NCBI GenBank assembly: GCA_951406725.2
Contig: OX597828.1
Coordinates: forward strand, 62,930,001-62,994,000
Reading direction: 5' to 3'
DNA length: 64,000 nt
DNA from: Octopus vulgaris
Lineage: Eukaryota
Shown: in pieces, positions 48,163 to 62,535 of the stretch
Position numbering within the stretch: the first letter of the stretch is position 1
Layout: the number at the start of each line of letters is the position of its first letter
Position numbers and translations under genes: made by a program
The notes under the pieces: generated by a model
Told to the model about the DNA's origin: nothing
Database searches by the model: none
The model's input: the letters and a program-made list of their open reading frames with translations, nothing else

Positions 48163-48323
48163 CTTGTGTGGTTATATAAGCATTCTTCTGCTTGTAACCA
48201 TCCACAAAATTTGCATTGATGTAATCTGAATTTGGATCTCCATCCACCATTGATATCACAACTCTGGAATGGTCGTAACACAACACATCGAGGTAACGGT
48301 TCTTGGGGAGATTGCATTTTGCT
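48163..48323 (-). CDS. PTPN9: PTPN9 exon (pTyr loop)
   Basis: [21 protein letters not shown]...[21 protein letters not shown]. 161 nt. Confidence 0.95.
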
Positions 48324-48829
48324 CTGAAAGAAGTAAAAAAAAGTCAAAGTTGACACAGTGTAAACGTAGGCTTGTGTGTGTGAGGTATTTGAAAAAATAC
48401 TTCATCTTTCATCTGGTTTAGAGAGATGCAGAAAGGCTCTGAGGAAGAATAAGCTGGTGCTGCAAAAGCAGGCAATGGATTAAGGCCACCACACATACAG
48501 TCCATATAATAGGATTCTGCACAGTTTCCATTTATCCAGTTTTACTTGGGTTAACCTAGTGCTATGGTGGAAGACTTTTTGTTTTCCCCAAGGTGCCACA
48601 GAACAGGATTGAACAGAAAACATGTTTTAGGTTCAGTCCCACTGTGCAGCACTTGAAACAAATGTCTTCTACTGCAACACGGGGATGACCAATGCCTCTC
48701 TGACTAGGTTCAAACAGAGAAATACAATGGAGGGAAGAATAAAAGTGCACTGTGGCCAGCAAGGTAGAATGACATCAGATATTCTGGTCAATAAATACTG
48801 ATGATGATGATGATGATGATGAAATTGAT

Positions 48830-48869
<40 letters not shown>

Positions 48870-49453
48870 TACATACACATGTGTGTGTGTGTATCGAGGG
48901 GGGTAATTATAATCTAGGCTATCACTTCATTAACACATTATGCAGGATCATGGCTAATGTAGAATTCCAAAACCAAAAGATCTGTAAGACTTCAATTGAT
49001 AGTAAAGCAGTGCTACTCAAAGCGGTGGTCCATGAGCCATCAGCTGCCGGTACGAGTTTCCAGAAAAGAAAGGAACATTATAAAATGCTGATGTAATATT
49101 GTATTATTTGTTTACAAAATAAAGATTAAAAAATTGTCAACTTTTATTATATTCTTTATATATTTTGTTTCCGGTATAAATTAATATTAGAAAGAAATAT
49201 TACCAGTCCCTGGCACATTGGAAAGAAGAAGAAAAAACTGCTGGTTGGCCAGATCAGATTGTTTGAGAAGCACTGTGCTAAAGGTCAACACTGCACACCT
49301 CCAAGGCAAGATGCAGTTGACTTGAGATAAGCACACCCGACCACAGAGAAAGATTGGGGGACGGGGGTGGAGATCAGAAGATTAAGTCAACACCATTTAC
49401 AACAACAACAACACAAAAAAAAAGTGACAAAGGAGAAAGTACGAAAGACTTAC

Positions 49454-50145
49454 TTTGAAACATAAAAGGTGCCAGTTGGAGATTCCGATCTAATGTTAAG
49501 GTATTCCTGGCGCAGACCCTTCTTCCTCAACTTTCTTACATGGTCAGCAAGGGTTTCTATGTCAATTCCGCTGTCATCTGCCATGTGTAAACTTTCTTCA
49601 TAGGTCTGTGAATCAAGAGAGACGGGCCGACGCTTGCACGGGTGACTAGGGTCAGTAATCGGAGACTGGTTTTCATCGACAGGCGAAAATGTATCAGATG
49701 ACCGCTTTCGTGTATCAGCTGCTGCTGCAGATCGTGTGTCAGCCGAGTGCATCCTCTGGACCACCACTGGCGTTTCCTTCTCCACAATCACTTCCTTCTC
49801 TGACCGAATTCGTTGCTCTTCACCTTCTTTTTCTTTCTCTTCCTCGTTGTACTTCTCGCTGACCGTTTCTCGTGAGGTTTCCTCTGACGAGTCAAAATCA
49901 CTGGCGAAGATGTTCGTCTCTGTTTCAGCAGAGTCACTCGACTGCATTGCTTCCTTCGACTCACTCACTTGCTGCAATGACTGGTTGTTGAAGTAAAAGG
50001 ACATGTCGGGATCTTGATTGGTGGCCACCAAGAAACACAGCTTGAGCCAAGTGTTGTGATTAGGCACTAGATGGCCTCCCAGTTGCTTTGGGAGGGACTC
50101 GCAAGGAATATGGAAAGGCAACTCAGATACAGCCACTGTAAAGAC
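49454..50145 (-). CDS. PTPN9: PTPN9 exon (end of Sec14 domain + long linker)
   Basis: VFTVAVSELPFHIPCESLPKQLGG...KKGLRQEYLNIRSESPTGTFYVSK. 692 nt, phase 0 to 2. Confidence 0.92.
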
Positions 50146-51352
50146 CTGAAATTACACAGGAAAGAAAGAAAAAGACACTTTTATTAGCAATGAGAGATCC
50201 CTGAAAACCCAAAGGGGCAATTTTAGAAGCCCCTACTGGAGAATTCTTTGTCTACATACAGGGATAGATAGGACAGATCAGTTTGGCACAATACACACCC
50301 GATCTTTGGGGAGGTTTCACACCAGCTCTTTCAACAAATTCTCCCGTTTTCTTTTAAACACACACACATACACATTTATTTATTTATTTATTACCAAGCA
50401 TTGGTTTCATGCCAACCATTGCCTAAAGATGAAATGGTTGGAAATGCTTCCAACCATTACATCAACATTGAGTTGTCAATATTACCAAAGGCGGCAAGCT
50501 TGCAGAAATGCTTAGCGGTATTTTGTCTGCCGTTACATACTGAGTTCAAATTCATCCTTTTGGGGTCAATTAAATAAGTACCAGTGGAGTACTGGGGTCT
50601 ACATAAACGTCTCACACCCTTCTCCAAACTTGCTGGCCTTGCGCTAGAATTTGAAACCAATATTACCAAAGTGCAGTGGTCATTGTGCCACCAGTTATTT
50701 GCTATAACCAGTTACACACTGTCTGATGAGGTAAAAATATATAACAGCTCCATTTCTTATATATGTGTATGTGTGTGTATTATATGTACAAGAAGGTGTA
50801 GCCGTGTAGTTCTGGGTTAACCATAATTGCAAAGGCAGCCAACAATTAGATGTGTGTGTGTACCCATGTCTTGATTGCAATGTGATGTTTGTAAACGAGC
50901 ATCAACAACATACAAGCAGTCTTGCTCATTTCTAGTTTTCCATGAAAAACAGGTGAAGGTCGCAGACTGGAAGGGTGTCTGGTCATAGAAAAGCTGCCTC
51001 AACGAATTCCATCTGACCCATGCAAACATGGAAAAGTGGCCTAAAGGGATGTGTGTTTATCTATCTATCAGACTGGGTATATAATACACCTCAGCCACAT
51101 TCACACATGTATACATACACATGCACAAGTATACACACACACACATCCAACTGGAATTCTTTACAATATGACAAATTCCATTTAAAAGGAATCAATCATT
51201 TTAAGCCCAGTGAAGACACTTGCTCAAGATGGGATGCAGTGGGATTGAACACAAAACCATGTGGTTGCAAGCAAGCATCTTAACCACGATGGCCATCACT
51301 GCCTAGAAATACACAAATAAAATTAAAATGGAATCAACTGAAAAATACTGAC

Positions 51353-51463
51353 CCGATCACGTAGTTTTTCTCGTAAAAAAAGTTGTAGAATTCTAAAAGA
51401 AGCTTTAAACCAAAGAGGAGCTGCAACAATCAACACTTTTTTTAATCGAGCTGGATAGGCACC
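51353..51463 (-). CDS. PTPN9: PTPN9 exon (CRAL-TRIO)
   Basis: GAYPARLKKVLIVAAPLWFKASFRILQLFLREKLRDR. 111 nt. Confidence 0.95.
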
Positions 51464-52994
51464 CTGGAATATAAAAGAGAGACACAGGTGTGTGTCATTG
51501 TGGTTTTGGGAAATGAAGCAAAGCAGGCCTTGCTGTCCACTCAAGAAAGCACATAGAAAATGAGCCATGAGCTCTTGAGCAAACCGAGTCCTCAACTTTG
51601 CCAAAAGGTTTGCAAGGCTCCAGCAGGCTTCAAGAAACACATTCATGTCCAAAGAACATGATTACCGCTTTATTTTACTGAACCCTCATTTGTTGTTCAC
51701 AACAGAATCAACTCATGCCAGCATAGACAGCAAACGTTAAACAATGATAATGATTATATATACACACATATAAATGTGTGTGTGTTTTGTTATCATTCTG
51801 ACCATATTCAGCACAAAAATTTTATTTTTTAAAGTTCAAACTGGCCATATCTAACCTCTCACACCCACCCTACTACATCATTCTAAAACAACAAACAATC
51901 GCATCACTGAAATCTTAAAGTCAGAAGATAATGCAGGACTAATTCTGACTAAAGTGAATGAATAAATGTGACATTTGATTGGGGAATTAGAATACTAAAA
52001 AGTTAATGCTCCAACATATAAAGGCACATAGCTCAGTGGTTAGTGAGTTCAATTCCTGGACCAAGCTGTGTGTTCTTGAGCAAGACACTTTATTTCACAT
52101 TGCTCCAGTTCTCTCAGCTGCAGAAAGGAGTCGCGATGTCACTGGTGCCAAGCTGTATTGGCCTTTGCCTTTCCTTTGGATTACATCTGTGGCGTGGAGA
52201 GGGGAGTTTGGTATGCATGTGCAACTAATGGTCCTTTATAGATAATCTTGCCCGAACTTGTGCCCCAGAGGGGAACTTTCTAAGTGCAATCCGAGGGTCA
52301 TTTATGACCAATGAGGGTCTTTACTCTTACTTTTAAGTTTTCCATGCAAGACTGACATAAAAACTTTGTTTCTAATACCTTAAAACCAAATAATGGGGGA
52401 AAGGGGTTAAAACAATTATATTAATCCCAGCCTGTAACTGCTTGCTGGTGCCATGTAAATGGCACCCGTGTCACTGCCGGTGCCATTTAATGGCATGTAA
52501 AAGCACCCATTACACTTCTGAAGTGGTTGGCATTAGGAAGGGCATCCAACTGTAGAAACCCTGCCAAATCAGACTGGAACCTGGTGCAGCTTCATTCAAA
52601 TCATCCGACCCATGCCAGCATAGACAGCAGATGTTAAACGACGACGACGATGATTCCTAGGAAGTATAAAAGGAAAGCTCAACTCCAGTAGGATTTGAAC
52701 TCAGAACATAAAATGTCGGAACAAATATTGCAAATCAGTTTGTTTAATGCTCCAATAATACTCAGAACACCATGAACCGTACGCTTAAGAGACTGAACTA
52801 GATTTTTAAGTATCCTTAAAAAGCAGCAAATATTCTTAAAAGGCTACCCATACCACTACTCCCCATGACCACCACTACTACCAACCATGTCATCATTCAG
52901 ACTACCACCACCACCATCAATTTATCAAGTTTAAACAAAACTAAGCCAAACAAGATAGTCAAACGCCAGCAGCCGTCAACACACAATAACTTAC

Positions 52995-53100
52995 CTTTAA
53001 CATATTAAGAATCTTGATACTGAGATTGTAATCGAAGTTGCCATATTTGGAATCAGTCATGTCATAAATAAAGACCAGGCCATGTTTTTGGGTTTCAAAA
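52995..53100 (-). CDS. PTPN9: PTPN9 exon (CRAL-TRIO)
   Basis: SFETQKHGLVFIYDMTDSKYGNFDYNLSIKILNMLK. 106 nt. Confidence 0.95.
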
Positions 53101-55187
53101 CTGCAACAGAAAACATTATGTACATTAATATAACTGAATAACAATAATAATCTTTTCTACTATCGGCATAAAGCCTGAAATTTTGAGGGAAGCGGGGAGG
53201 GCTATTGGCCCCCCCCCCGTATTTGACTGGCACTGATTTTATTTTATTAACCCCGGGAGGATGAAAAGTGAAGCTGACCTTGGCAGAATTTGAACTCAAA
53301 ACATACAGATGAAATGCTGCTAAGCATTTTGTCTGGCATGTTTATAATTCTGTCAGTTCACCATTATAATAATAATAATCCTTTTTACTATAAGCACAAA
53401 GCCTGGAATTTTGGAGGAGGGGGCTAGTTGATTACATCGACCCCAGTATTTCACTGGTACTTAATTTATCGACCCCGAAAGGATGAAAAGCAAAGTCAAC
53501 CCAGGCAGAATTTGAACTCAGAACACAGCAACAGGTGAAATACCACCAAGCATTTCATGTGTGCGAATGATTCTGCCAGATTGTTGCCTTAATAATAATA
53601 ACAACAACAATAATAATTTCTGTACAATGGCAAAAAACAAAGAAAAACAACAAAACAGGAAACAGTAGGAAATTGGGTAAAAGAGACAAACTAAATAAAT
53701 ATCAATAACAGAATGGAAGCACAAAATAAGACAGGGTCTCTGAAAGGGGTGGGCAACCACATGGTGATTAGGAACACACTCTTCATACACACACACACAC
53801 ACTAAATCTCAGATTACTTGGTTACACCAAAGGTTAAGGGCCTTTTTCCAGTTCTTGCTCCCAACCTATAGCAGTAAAGTTAAAGGAGGTCCATTTAGCA
53901 ACACCAGTTTGGTCACTCTCACTGAAGTCTAACACAACTCTCTCTTATTGGAGTGTAGTACAACCCTCTCTTACTGGAGTGTAATCTCTCTCTTTCCTCG
54001 TCTTATTTTACGTTGATTAGTAAAAAAGAAAAAAACCTTTCTTCTCAAACCTTTCAATTGCATCTGCAAACTTTTGGCCTTATCCACCCTCTTAAGAGCA
54101 GCTAGCCACCCTTCCTTGCCTGGAGAAAGGTGATACTGTCAGTCTTAAATACATTACGTCAATAACCAAATCCATTATACTTAATAAAATTATTTTTTCT
54201 AACATGAACAAGGCTACAAATCTAGTTGAGTATAATAGGGATGCAGTCTGTTGAATTTAGTGTAGTAGAGTGTAGTCTATTCAATTTATAGTAACATAGG
54301 CATGTTGCTTAGCAGTTAGAGTATGGGCTCACAATCATGACATCGTAGGTTCAATTCTTGGATTGGGAAGCATGTTGTTCCCTTCTTCATTTTCCACTGC
54401 CTCAGTCTACTCAGCTGAAAATGACTCCCAGGGACTTCCATGAGTTAACAGACTAGAGTCCTACTGAGAATGGAACTTGGTACTCACTGTTGCCTAACAC
54501 TCAGATTCCTAAAGGCTCAAAGCAGAGTTCTTGGGGTCCTGCAGCCAATTAGTCCTTTAGTTATCATATTTCTATTGGAATACAGAGCGTGTGTTCCAAT
54601 CAATTTTGAATACAGCAAAGAATCCCTGTCGTTATTAAGACAGTGTTTGGAACATAGACTATCACAATATTTGGATGAAAGGGTTTCATTTAGATCACTT
54701 TCAAAGAGAAGGTTTATCATAAAACCAACGCCAGTCTCAAATAGTTTGGTATCAAAAATCAAAAGGGGTCAAACTGACCCTGTATTTAACTGGTATATAT
54801 TATACTGACTCCTTGCCTCTCCCCCAAAAGGACGAAGGAGTAAAGAGACTCCTTTACAAGTTTTGAAACCAGAATGTCTACGGACATCAAGCAACAAGAA
54901 TGGACAGCATTTTGCATAATCGTTCCTGTCCACAAATTCTCAATCACCATTAATCATTGCCAGGGACAACATCAAAAGTTCAAACTTTACACAAACAACA
55001 GGGCAGTGGCAGCACCATCACACAAGTAATGCAGAGGGAACAGGTTCAATGTGCAATGAAGTGCAACACAGTGAAAGGTAAAAAGTGTCAACGTTTGCAC
55101 AACAACAAAGTTTGGCTATTTTAAAAAATTTATTTATATATTTATTTGAATTATTATTATTATTTTTTAGTTATTTTCCAGTCTTAC

Positions 55188-55312
55188 CTTTCTAAAGCAG
55201 CATCCAACTGATAAATTAGCGCCTTGAGAACATTCTGGTGAGAAGTGAGGGTAGGAAAGTGATATCGTGCAGTGAAAAGGGCTATGGCAGCTCCACCACT
55301 ATCACGGCCACC
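55188..55312 (-). CDS. PTPN9: PTPN9 exon (CRAL-TRIO start); upstream exons not located in window
   Basis: GGRDSGGAAIALFTARYHFPTLTSHQNVLKALIYQLDAALES. ctAG|..|GTAAGA, 125 nt. Confidence 0.92.
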
Positions 55313-57095
55313 CTAGGTGTTTAGAAAGAAAGAAATAAAGAAAAAGAAAAGAAAAAGGAAAAAAAAAAAGAAAAAATTGGAACAAAGTAACGGAATAAAA
55401 CGGATTAAAAGAGCAGACATAGGAAACAAAATTTAAAAGACGTATACATACACATATATGCACACACACACACACATATACATTTGTATGTACATGCATA
55501 TATGCATTTGTATACACACATACACACACACACACAGATACAAATATGTATGTGTACACATATACAAGTATATATATATCTACACATATGTATAGCTTTA
55601 TTCATGTATGTATGGATACACACACATATATACAGGTGTATGTATATATACAAAAAAACATCTATACACATACATACATATGCAGGCAAATAATACACAC
55701 ACACATATATAAATATATGTGCACACATATGTATACACACACACACATGCACGCACATACACGCAAATATAAGTGAAAACAAATATTTATATGAAATTGG
55801 GTGAGAGGAAAATGGTAACATGCATTAATGTCTGATAAATTAAGTGACTGAATGACAACAACAAGAACAAAAATGATAATAATAATAATAATAATAATAA
55901 ACAGAAAAAAAAAATTGATTCTGGGGCTACGAAGGAAAGCTTTCGCCTGCAACAGTTGCTATGGCAAATGTGATACTGATGGATTTTAGGAATGGAACTT
56001 GTGTGTGTTCTATATGGTGAATGTGATGATTGTAATGGTGACAATGATGGTACTGGTAATAAAAATGATCTTGATGGTTATGGGGGCAGTGATGATGATG
56101 ATGATGATGATGATGATGACCACTTCAGCTCATAAATGGAATGAAAAGAAAAATGCATTATAGGCCCTGCTTATTCCAGTTTTTTCGTCTGACAATAACA
56201 GCAGCCAACACCACTGCATCCATGTCCAACATCCGTCTCTACTCCACACACAATCAAGCAAAGATGCTGATGACTGCTTGTAGCCATCCCACTACAATTT
56301 GCTAACCCCCCCCCCCTAACACTGCTGCCTGCAAAACACAATCGTGACAAACCTCAATGGTCAACTGACAACTGGAACTTAGCTCTGGTTTCATGCAAAA
56401 AGAGCTTTCTTCTCCTGCAATTAACCTCCTGCCTCTGATCACGTTAGCAAAAGGACAGTTTCTATGGGGTCATCTTGATAACTGTAAAGAAGTGAGGGGA
56501 TGGATTTGGGTTAGGGGTAGTAAATGATCTAATAACCCTTTCCAATAGTATTTCTGGTAACCTTTCAGCCCCGTCATGTACCAGTTGGGTGAACATGCAA
56601 TCCAGAAACATTCCAGACTCATCAAGGAACTTGACAAGGCAACTAAAGGACTGTGAAGACAAAGTCCTACCATTCAACATAGACATGTGTTAGCAATCTC
56701 AGGAAAAAAGGGTTACATAGACTCAGATACAAAACAATCTGGGGAAGGAACGTATGGAAGCAGAGAGATCCTGCAGCAGGATGAGGGTTTAAAGTACTAG
56801 TTATTGATGATGATGATGATGAAAAGGAGGAGGAAATAGAGACAAAGGATGACTGGGAACTTGTGACAACCTGCTCAAAGCCAAAGAGCAGATTTCTGGA
56901 TGAGACTGCCAGCAGTAAGATGACTTGATGTTGGAATGGCACTGGGGACAGACAGAACCATAAATGCTAAAAGACAGGTCTAGAAAGATTGGGAGAGAGT
57001 GAAGAGCAAGGATTAAAATCAGATTACTAGAAGATATGCTAGACGTGAGATATATACATATATGCATATATATATATATGCATATATATATATAC

Positions 57096-57166
<71 letters not shown>

Positions 57167-57196
57167 CATATATAGAGACACGAGACAGATAGACAA

Positions 57197-60100
57197 ACCA
57201 TCAACACAAGGAAAAGGGATGGACCACGCACCACCTGCCCCAAAACGGAGGTACGCAGATGTGGTGCGTGCCACAAACCGCCAACATGATGTTGTTGAAA
57301 GGGCAGCTGCTGAGCAGCAATCTTTTTTGTGCATGGCACAAAAGATTGTACAGCAGCTGACCTGGCTTCATCAAACCCAAGCTCGCAGGTGGGACTACCC
57401 ACTATATACAAGACCACAACAGCAAACAGGATGGACACCGCCGGCAACAACATACACCTCACCTCGATGCTCCTACTGAACATCAGAGGACTGCAACCAC
57501 TCGGTAACAGGACAAAAATCCCGTTCTTGAGAGACTTTGTTGCATGCAATCAAGCCTTATGCATAGCACTTACGGAAACGCACCTGAAACCGGACATAGC
57601 AGATGCGGAGTTACACATACCACAGTATGTTGTACTACGGACCGACAGAAAAGAAAGGAGTCATGGAGGAGTTGCTATGTACATCCGTGAGGACCTCACA
57701 CCCCAGGTCCTCTTGTCATACTCAAACTCGGTGTGTGACACACTAATTGTACATATAAGGCAACTTGATGTAGTTGTGTGTGCTACATATCGCCCTCCAG
57801 ATGCCCCAAGCCATGTGGGCAAGTTTGAAGACTGCCTTATAAAAATAGAAGAAGTTCTAATCACATTAGAACAACACATAAGTGTACTTCTTATGGGAGA
57901 CTTCAATCTACCCAATGTCAGATGGCCCGAGGGCCTTTCTCTCCCAGGAATGACAAGATGTGAACGAAGACAGGCGAGGTCCCTCCTGAACCTCATCAAC
58001 ACCCTGTACATGGAGCAAGTAATACTCCAACCAACCAGGGCAGGTAACACACTGGATCTCTGCTTCACAAATGACATGGATCTCATCCATAATGTGAAAG
58101 TGACACCGACACTACTCTTGGATCACAACATGGTAGAGCTGACCATGTACGGGCCAAAAGAGAGCACGGACATGCAGCCTACAAGAAACCCTCAGAATCT
58201 TTCCAGCTTGAACTACCATAAGGCAAACTGAAAACAAATTGAGAAAGAGATCCTCAAACAAAACTGGCCTAAATGTCTCTCCTCACCAGACATCAACAAT
58301 TCATGTCTGTAATGCAAACCATATGCTACAAATGTGTCCCAGAGAGAAAGGCCACTGTACACAAGAACAAAATCCCCAGAGAGAGGAAAATTTTAATGAG
58401 ACGGCGTACAAAAATTTCATATCGCCTAAACAAACAGATTGAAAGCAGTGAAAAGTCCCGCCTAAAAATAAAACTTTTGGAAATTGAAAAATGTCTGCAA
58501 CTCTCCCATGAAAAGGAAAGAGCAGACAAAGAAGCCTGGGCTATAGACAACATAAAATCTAATCCCAGAGCTTTCTACAGGTATGCCAAAGAAACAGCTA
58601 CGGTGCACTGTAGAATAGGGCCACTCCTTGAAAAGGATGGCACACTTACAGGAAAACCAATGAGGGTAAGTGAAATACTGAACGAGCAATTCAAGAGTGT
58701 TTTCACTCCACCCCTTGGGCATCTCCAAATCACCAATCCAACTGACTTCTTTACCACTGCAGATATAAAATCAGAGGCGGCGACGATAGATTACATCGAT
58801 ATAAAGGAAGACGATGTAATAAAGGCTATAGATGAAATGAAAACAGACTCAGCTACTGGCCCCGATGGATTCCCGGCAATCCTCCTAAAAGCATGTAAGA
58901 GAGTCCTAGCAAGACCACTGCAGTTCTTCTTTCAGAGCTTCCTTGCAGCTGGCAAACTTCCAGGAAAACTGAAGGAAGGTAAAATATGCCCCATTCATAA
59001 AGGAGGCAGCAGAGCGGAGGCCAAGAACTACAGACCTATCTCTCTGACCTCACACATCAGCAAGGTCATGGAACGAATAGTCAGAAGGAAACTGATCACC
59101 TTCCTTGAAGAAAATGACTTGCTGCCCGACACCCAACATGGTTTCCGACCAGGGAGAAGCTGTTTAACTCAGCTCCTACAACACTATGACTGGGTGCTGA
59201 AACGGCTGCTCAACCACTCAAATGTGGAAGTGATATATCTCGACTTTGCAAAGGCCTTTGATAAAGTCGATCATGGAATGATATGTCACAAACTGCGTGA
59301 TCTCAACATAGTTGCAAAACTGGGAGAATGGCTTCATGACTTTCTGAAAGATAGAAGTCAGGTGGTAGTGGCCAATGGGGCCACTTCCATTAACACGCAA
59401 ATAGTGAGCGGTGTTCCGCAGGGCACTGTTCTGGGTCCACGACTGTTCATAATGGCCCTCTCAGACATGCCCTCAGCCACGCAGAGAGCCACGATCACAA
59501 GTTATGCAGATGATACAAAAGTTTCACAGGCAATACAGAACCCTGAGGACACTAAAAGCCTGCAATGTGAGCTGGACAAAATATACAAGTGGGCTGAAAA
59601 GAATAGCATGCAGTTCAATGCTGGAAAGTTTTAAGCTTTATACTATCAGCATGCAAAACTAAATGCAATACCCAATGAATACACTGGACCCGGAGGAATA
59701 GCAATCCCAGAGGCACAATCAGTGCGTGACCTGGGTATTTACATGAGTGATGATGCAACCTTTCGTGTACATGTTGCTAAATTGGCAATGAAATGTAGAC
59801 GACTGGCCGGATGGATTCTCAGAACCTTTAGAACAAGAGAACAAGAAACCATGATGGTCCTCTGGAGGACACTTGTCCTAAGCCACTTTGACTATTGCTC
59901 TCAGTTATGGTCACCATCCAGTGTCAAGTTGATCACAGAGCTCGAGGCGATCCAGCGTAGCTACACGAAGAAGATAGCCTCTATGCAGAATGTAAGCTAC
60001 TGGGAAAGACTCAAGAGATTAAAACTATATTCCTTGGAGCGTAGGCGGGAAAGATATGCCATAATATACATCTGGAAGATCCTGGAGGGACGTGTCCCAA

Positions 60101-60503
60101 ACTTTGGCATCGAGAGTTACACAAATGCCAGAACTGGGTGCCACTGCGTGGTGCCTAGGACTCCAAATTTGCCATCAAGATGTAGGACAAGATACTGTGA
60201 TAGCCTGGGCTTCAGAGGCCCACAGCTCTTCAATATCCTCCCGAAGAACCTGAGAGACCTGCATGGGGTGGATGCAGATGTCTTTAAAATGGAACTGGAT
60301 CTCTTCCTGTCAGGTGTCCCAGATGAACCAACTTCACGGCAGGAGGTGCAGATGAGGGCAGCTGCATCGAACTCTCTCATGCACCAAATGGCAGTTGCTA
60401 AAAAGCTTTTGTGAAGTAAAACCAAGTAGCAACACCAAATGGTGGTGCCCCAGCATGGCCACAGCTCATGAGCTGAAACTAGAATCAATCAATCAATCAA
60501 TCA
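57197..60503 (+). mobile_element. 5'-truncated CR1 family A copy 2, intronic and antisense to PTPN9. End of ORF1 + ORF2 with premature stops (58229, 59632)
   Basis: Colinear with 21940-25256. (CAAT)n tail. Confidence 0.95.
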
Positions 60504-61067
60504 TAAGTTCCATTGTCTAAAGTCGTAAGACACACGCTGTTTTAAATTTTATTTTTGTTTTTTGTATTTATATTCGTATGGCATCGTCCGCCTTTCTGTC
60601 CCTGTTTCATATACATTCAATCCTCTTTCCAGGAAATCTAATGCTCGCAGCTTAGTTTTTCATAGGGGCTAGCCAGATCTGAGCGAATCTCAGGATTAAT
60701 TAGCCGAAATTTGCTAGGACGATCCGGTTCCTGACTGAAGATTAGAGGCTTCGAATGACCCGTCCGTTTTTTGTGTCGTCTCTTTGTGTTTTTTACGTTC
60801 TTGTCCAATTTTTATACATATAAATACATATATACACATATATACATATATATACATAAACATATATACATATATAAATATATACATATATATATAAATA
60901 TATACATATATATATAAATATATACATATATATATAAATATATACATATATATATAAATATATACATATATATATAAATATATACATATATATATACATA
61001 TAAACATATATACATATATATACATATATAAATATACATATAAACATATATAAATATACATATAAAC

Positions 61068-61098
<31 letters not shown>

Positions 61099-61328
61099 CA
61101 TACATATATATATATACATATATATTTAGCAATTAAGGACAACTACTTAATAAGGAAAACTTAACAAGAAATTGTCAGGTAGATAGCGTAAGAACCTCAT
61201 AAGAGAAAAAATTTCGAAAATAATTATTTCTTATTGAACATATTAATTTATATGTGCTTCGTTGAATGTTGAACAGTTAGCTGATCGACTTAAGCGGGGC
61301 AGGGTCGTTGTTTATTTATAATGCATTC

Positions 61329-61376
61329 AGGCCTGCTGATGAGTACGTAAGTATGAAATCACTGTGATACAGGTCT
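61329..61376 (+). ncRNA. Minimal type I hammerhead ribozyme with intact core
   Basis: AGGCCTG-CTGATGA-GTAC GTAA GTAT-GAAA-TCAC T GTGA-TA|CAGGTCT. AUA cleavage triplet after 61369. Confidence 0.85.
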
Positions 61377-61512
61377 ATATATTTTTTAAATGTCTTACTT
61401 TGAAAAATTGCATTCGGTGGGATTAGTAATATTTTTGGTAGAAATGACTAATTGTCCCTCTTAGCGTTTGGCATGTATATATAATGCCTTCTGGCATGTA
61501 TATAATGCCCTT

Positions 61513-61662
61513 TATATATAAATTTATATATAAATTTATATATAAATATATACATATATATATATACATACATATATATATATACATATATATATATACA
61601 TACATATATATATATACATACATATATATATATACATACATATATATATATACATACATATA

Positions 61663-61717
<55 letters not shown>

Positions 61718-61727
61718 ACATATATAA

Positions 61728-61760
<33 letters not shown>

Positions 61761-61795
61761 AATATATACATATATATATATACATATATATATAC

Positions 61796-61855
<60 letters not shown>

Positions 61856-62484
61856 TTATACATATATATATATATATATAACATATATATATACATATAT
61901 ATATATACATATATAAATATATATATATATATATAGACATACATATATATACATATATAAATATATACATATATATATATAGACATACATATATATACAT
62001 ATATAAATATATACATATATATATACATATATATATAGACATACATATATATACATATATAAATATATACATATATATATATATACATATATATAAATAC
62101 ATATATAATATACATATATATAATATATATATATACATATATATATACATATACATATATATAGACATATATATATATACATATATATATACATATACAT
62201 ATATAATACATATATATATACATATATATATATATACATATACATATATATATATATACATATATACACAATATATATATATACATATATAAATATACAT
62301 ATATATATATATACATGTATAAATATACATATATATATATACATGTATAAATATACATATATATATATATATATACATATATAAATATACATATATAAAT
62401 ATACATATATAAATATACATATATATATATATACATATATAAATATACATATATAAATATACATATATATATATATATATATGT

Positions 62485-62534
<50 letters not shown>

Positions 62535-62535
62535 A
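61513..62535. repeat. Degenerate (TA)n/(TACA)n array
   Basis: Direct inspection. Confidence 0.95.

Noticed and set aside
54470-54808. Overlapping 112-aa and 81-aa ORFs in a PTPN9 intron
   Set aside because: No recognisable domain or fitting splice phase. Probably a decayed repeat.
56340-56720. Candidate upstream PTPN9 exon
   Set aside because: Translations contain stops and do not resemble the CRAL-TRIO N-terminal region.
60716-60770. CTGAAGA...GAA...GTC hammerhead-like words
   Set aside because: Stems II and III do not pair convincingly.
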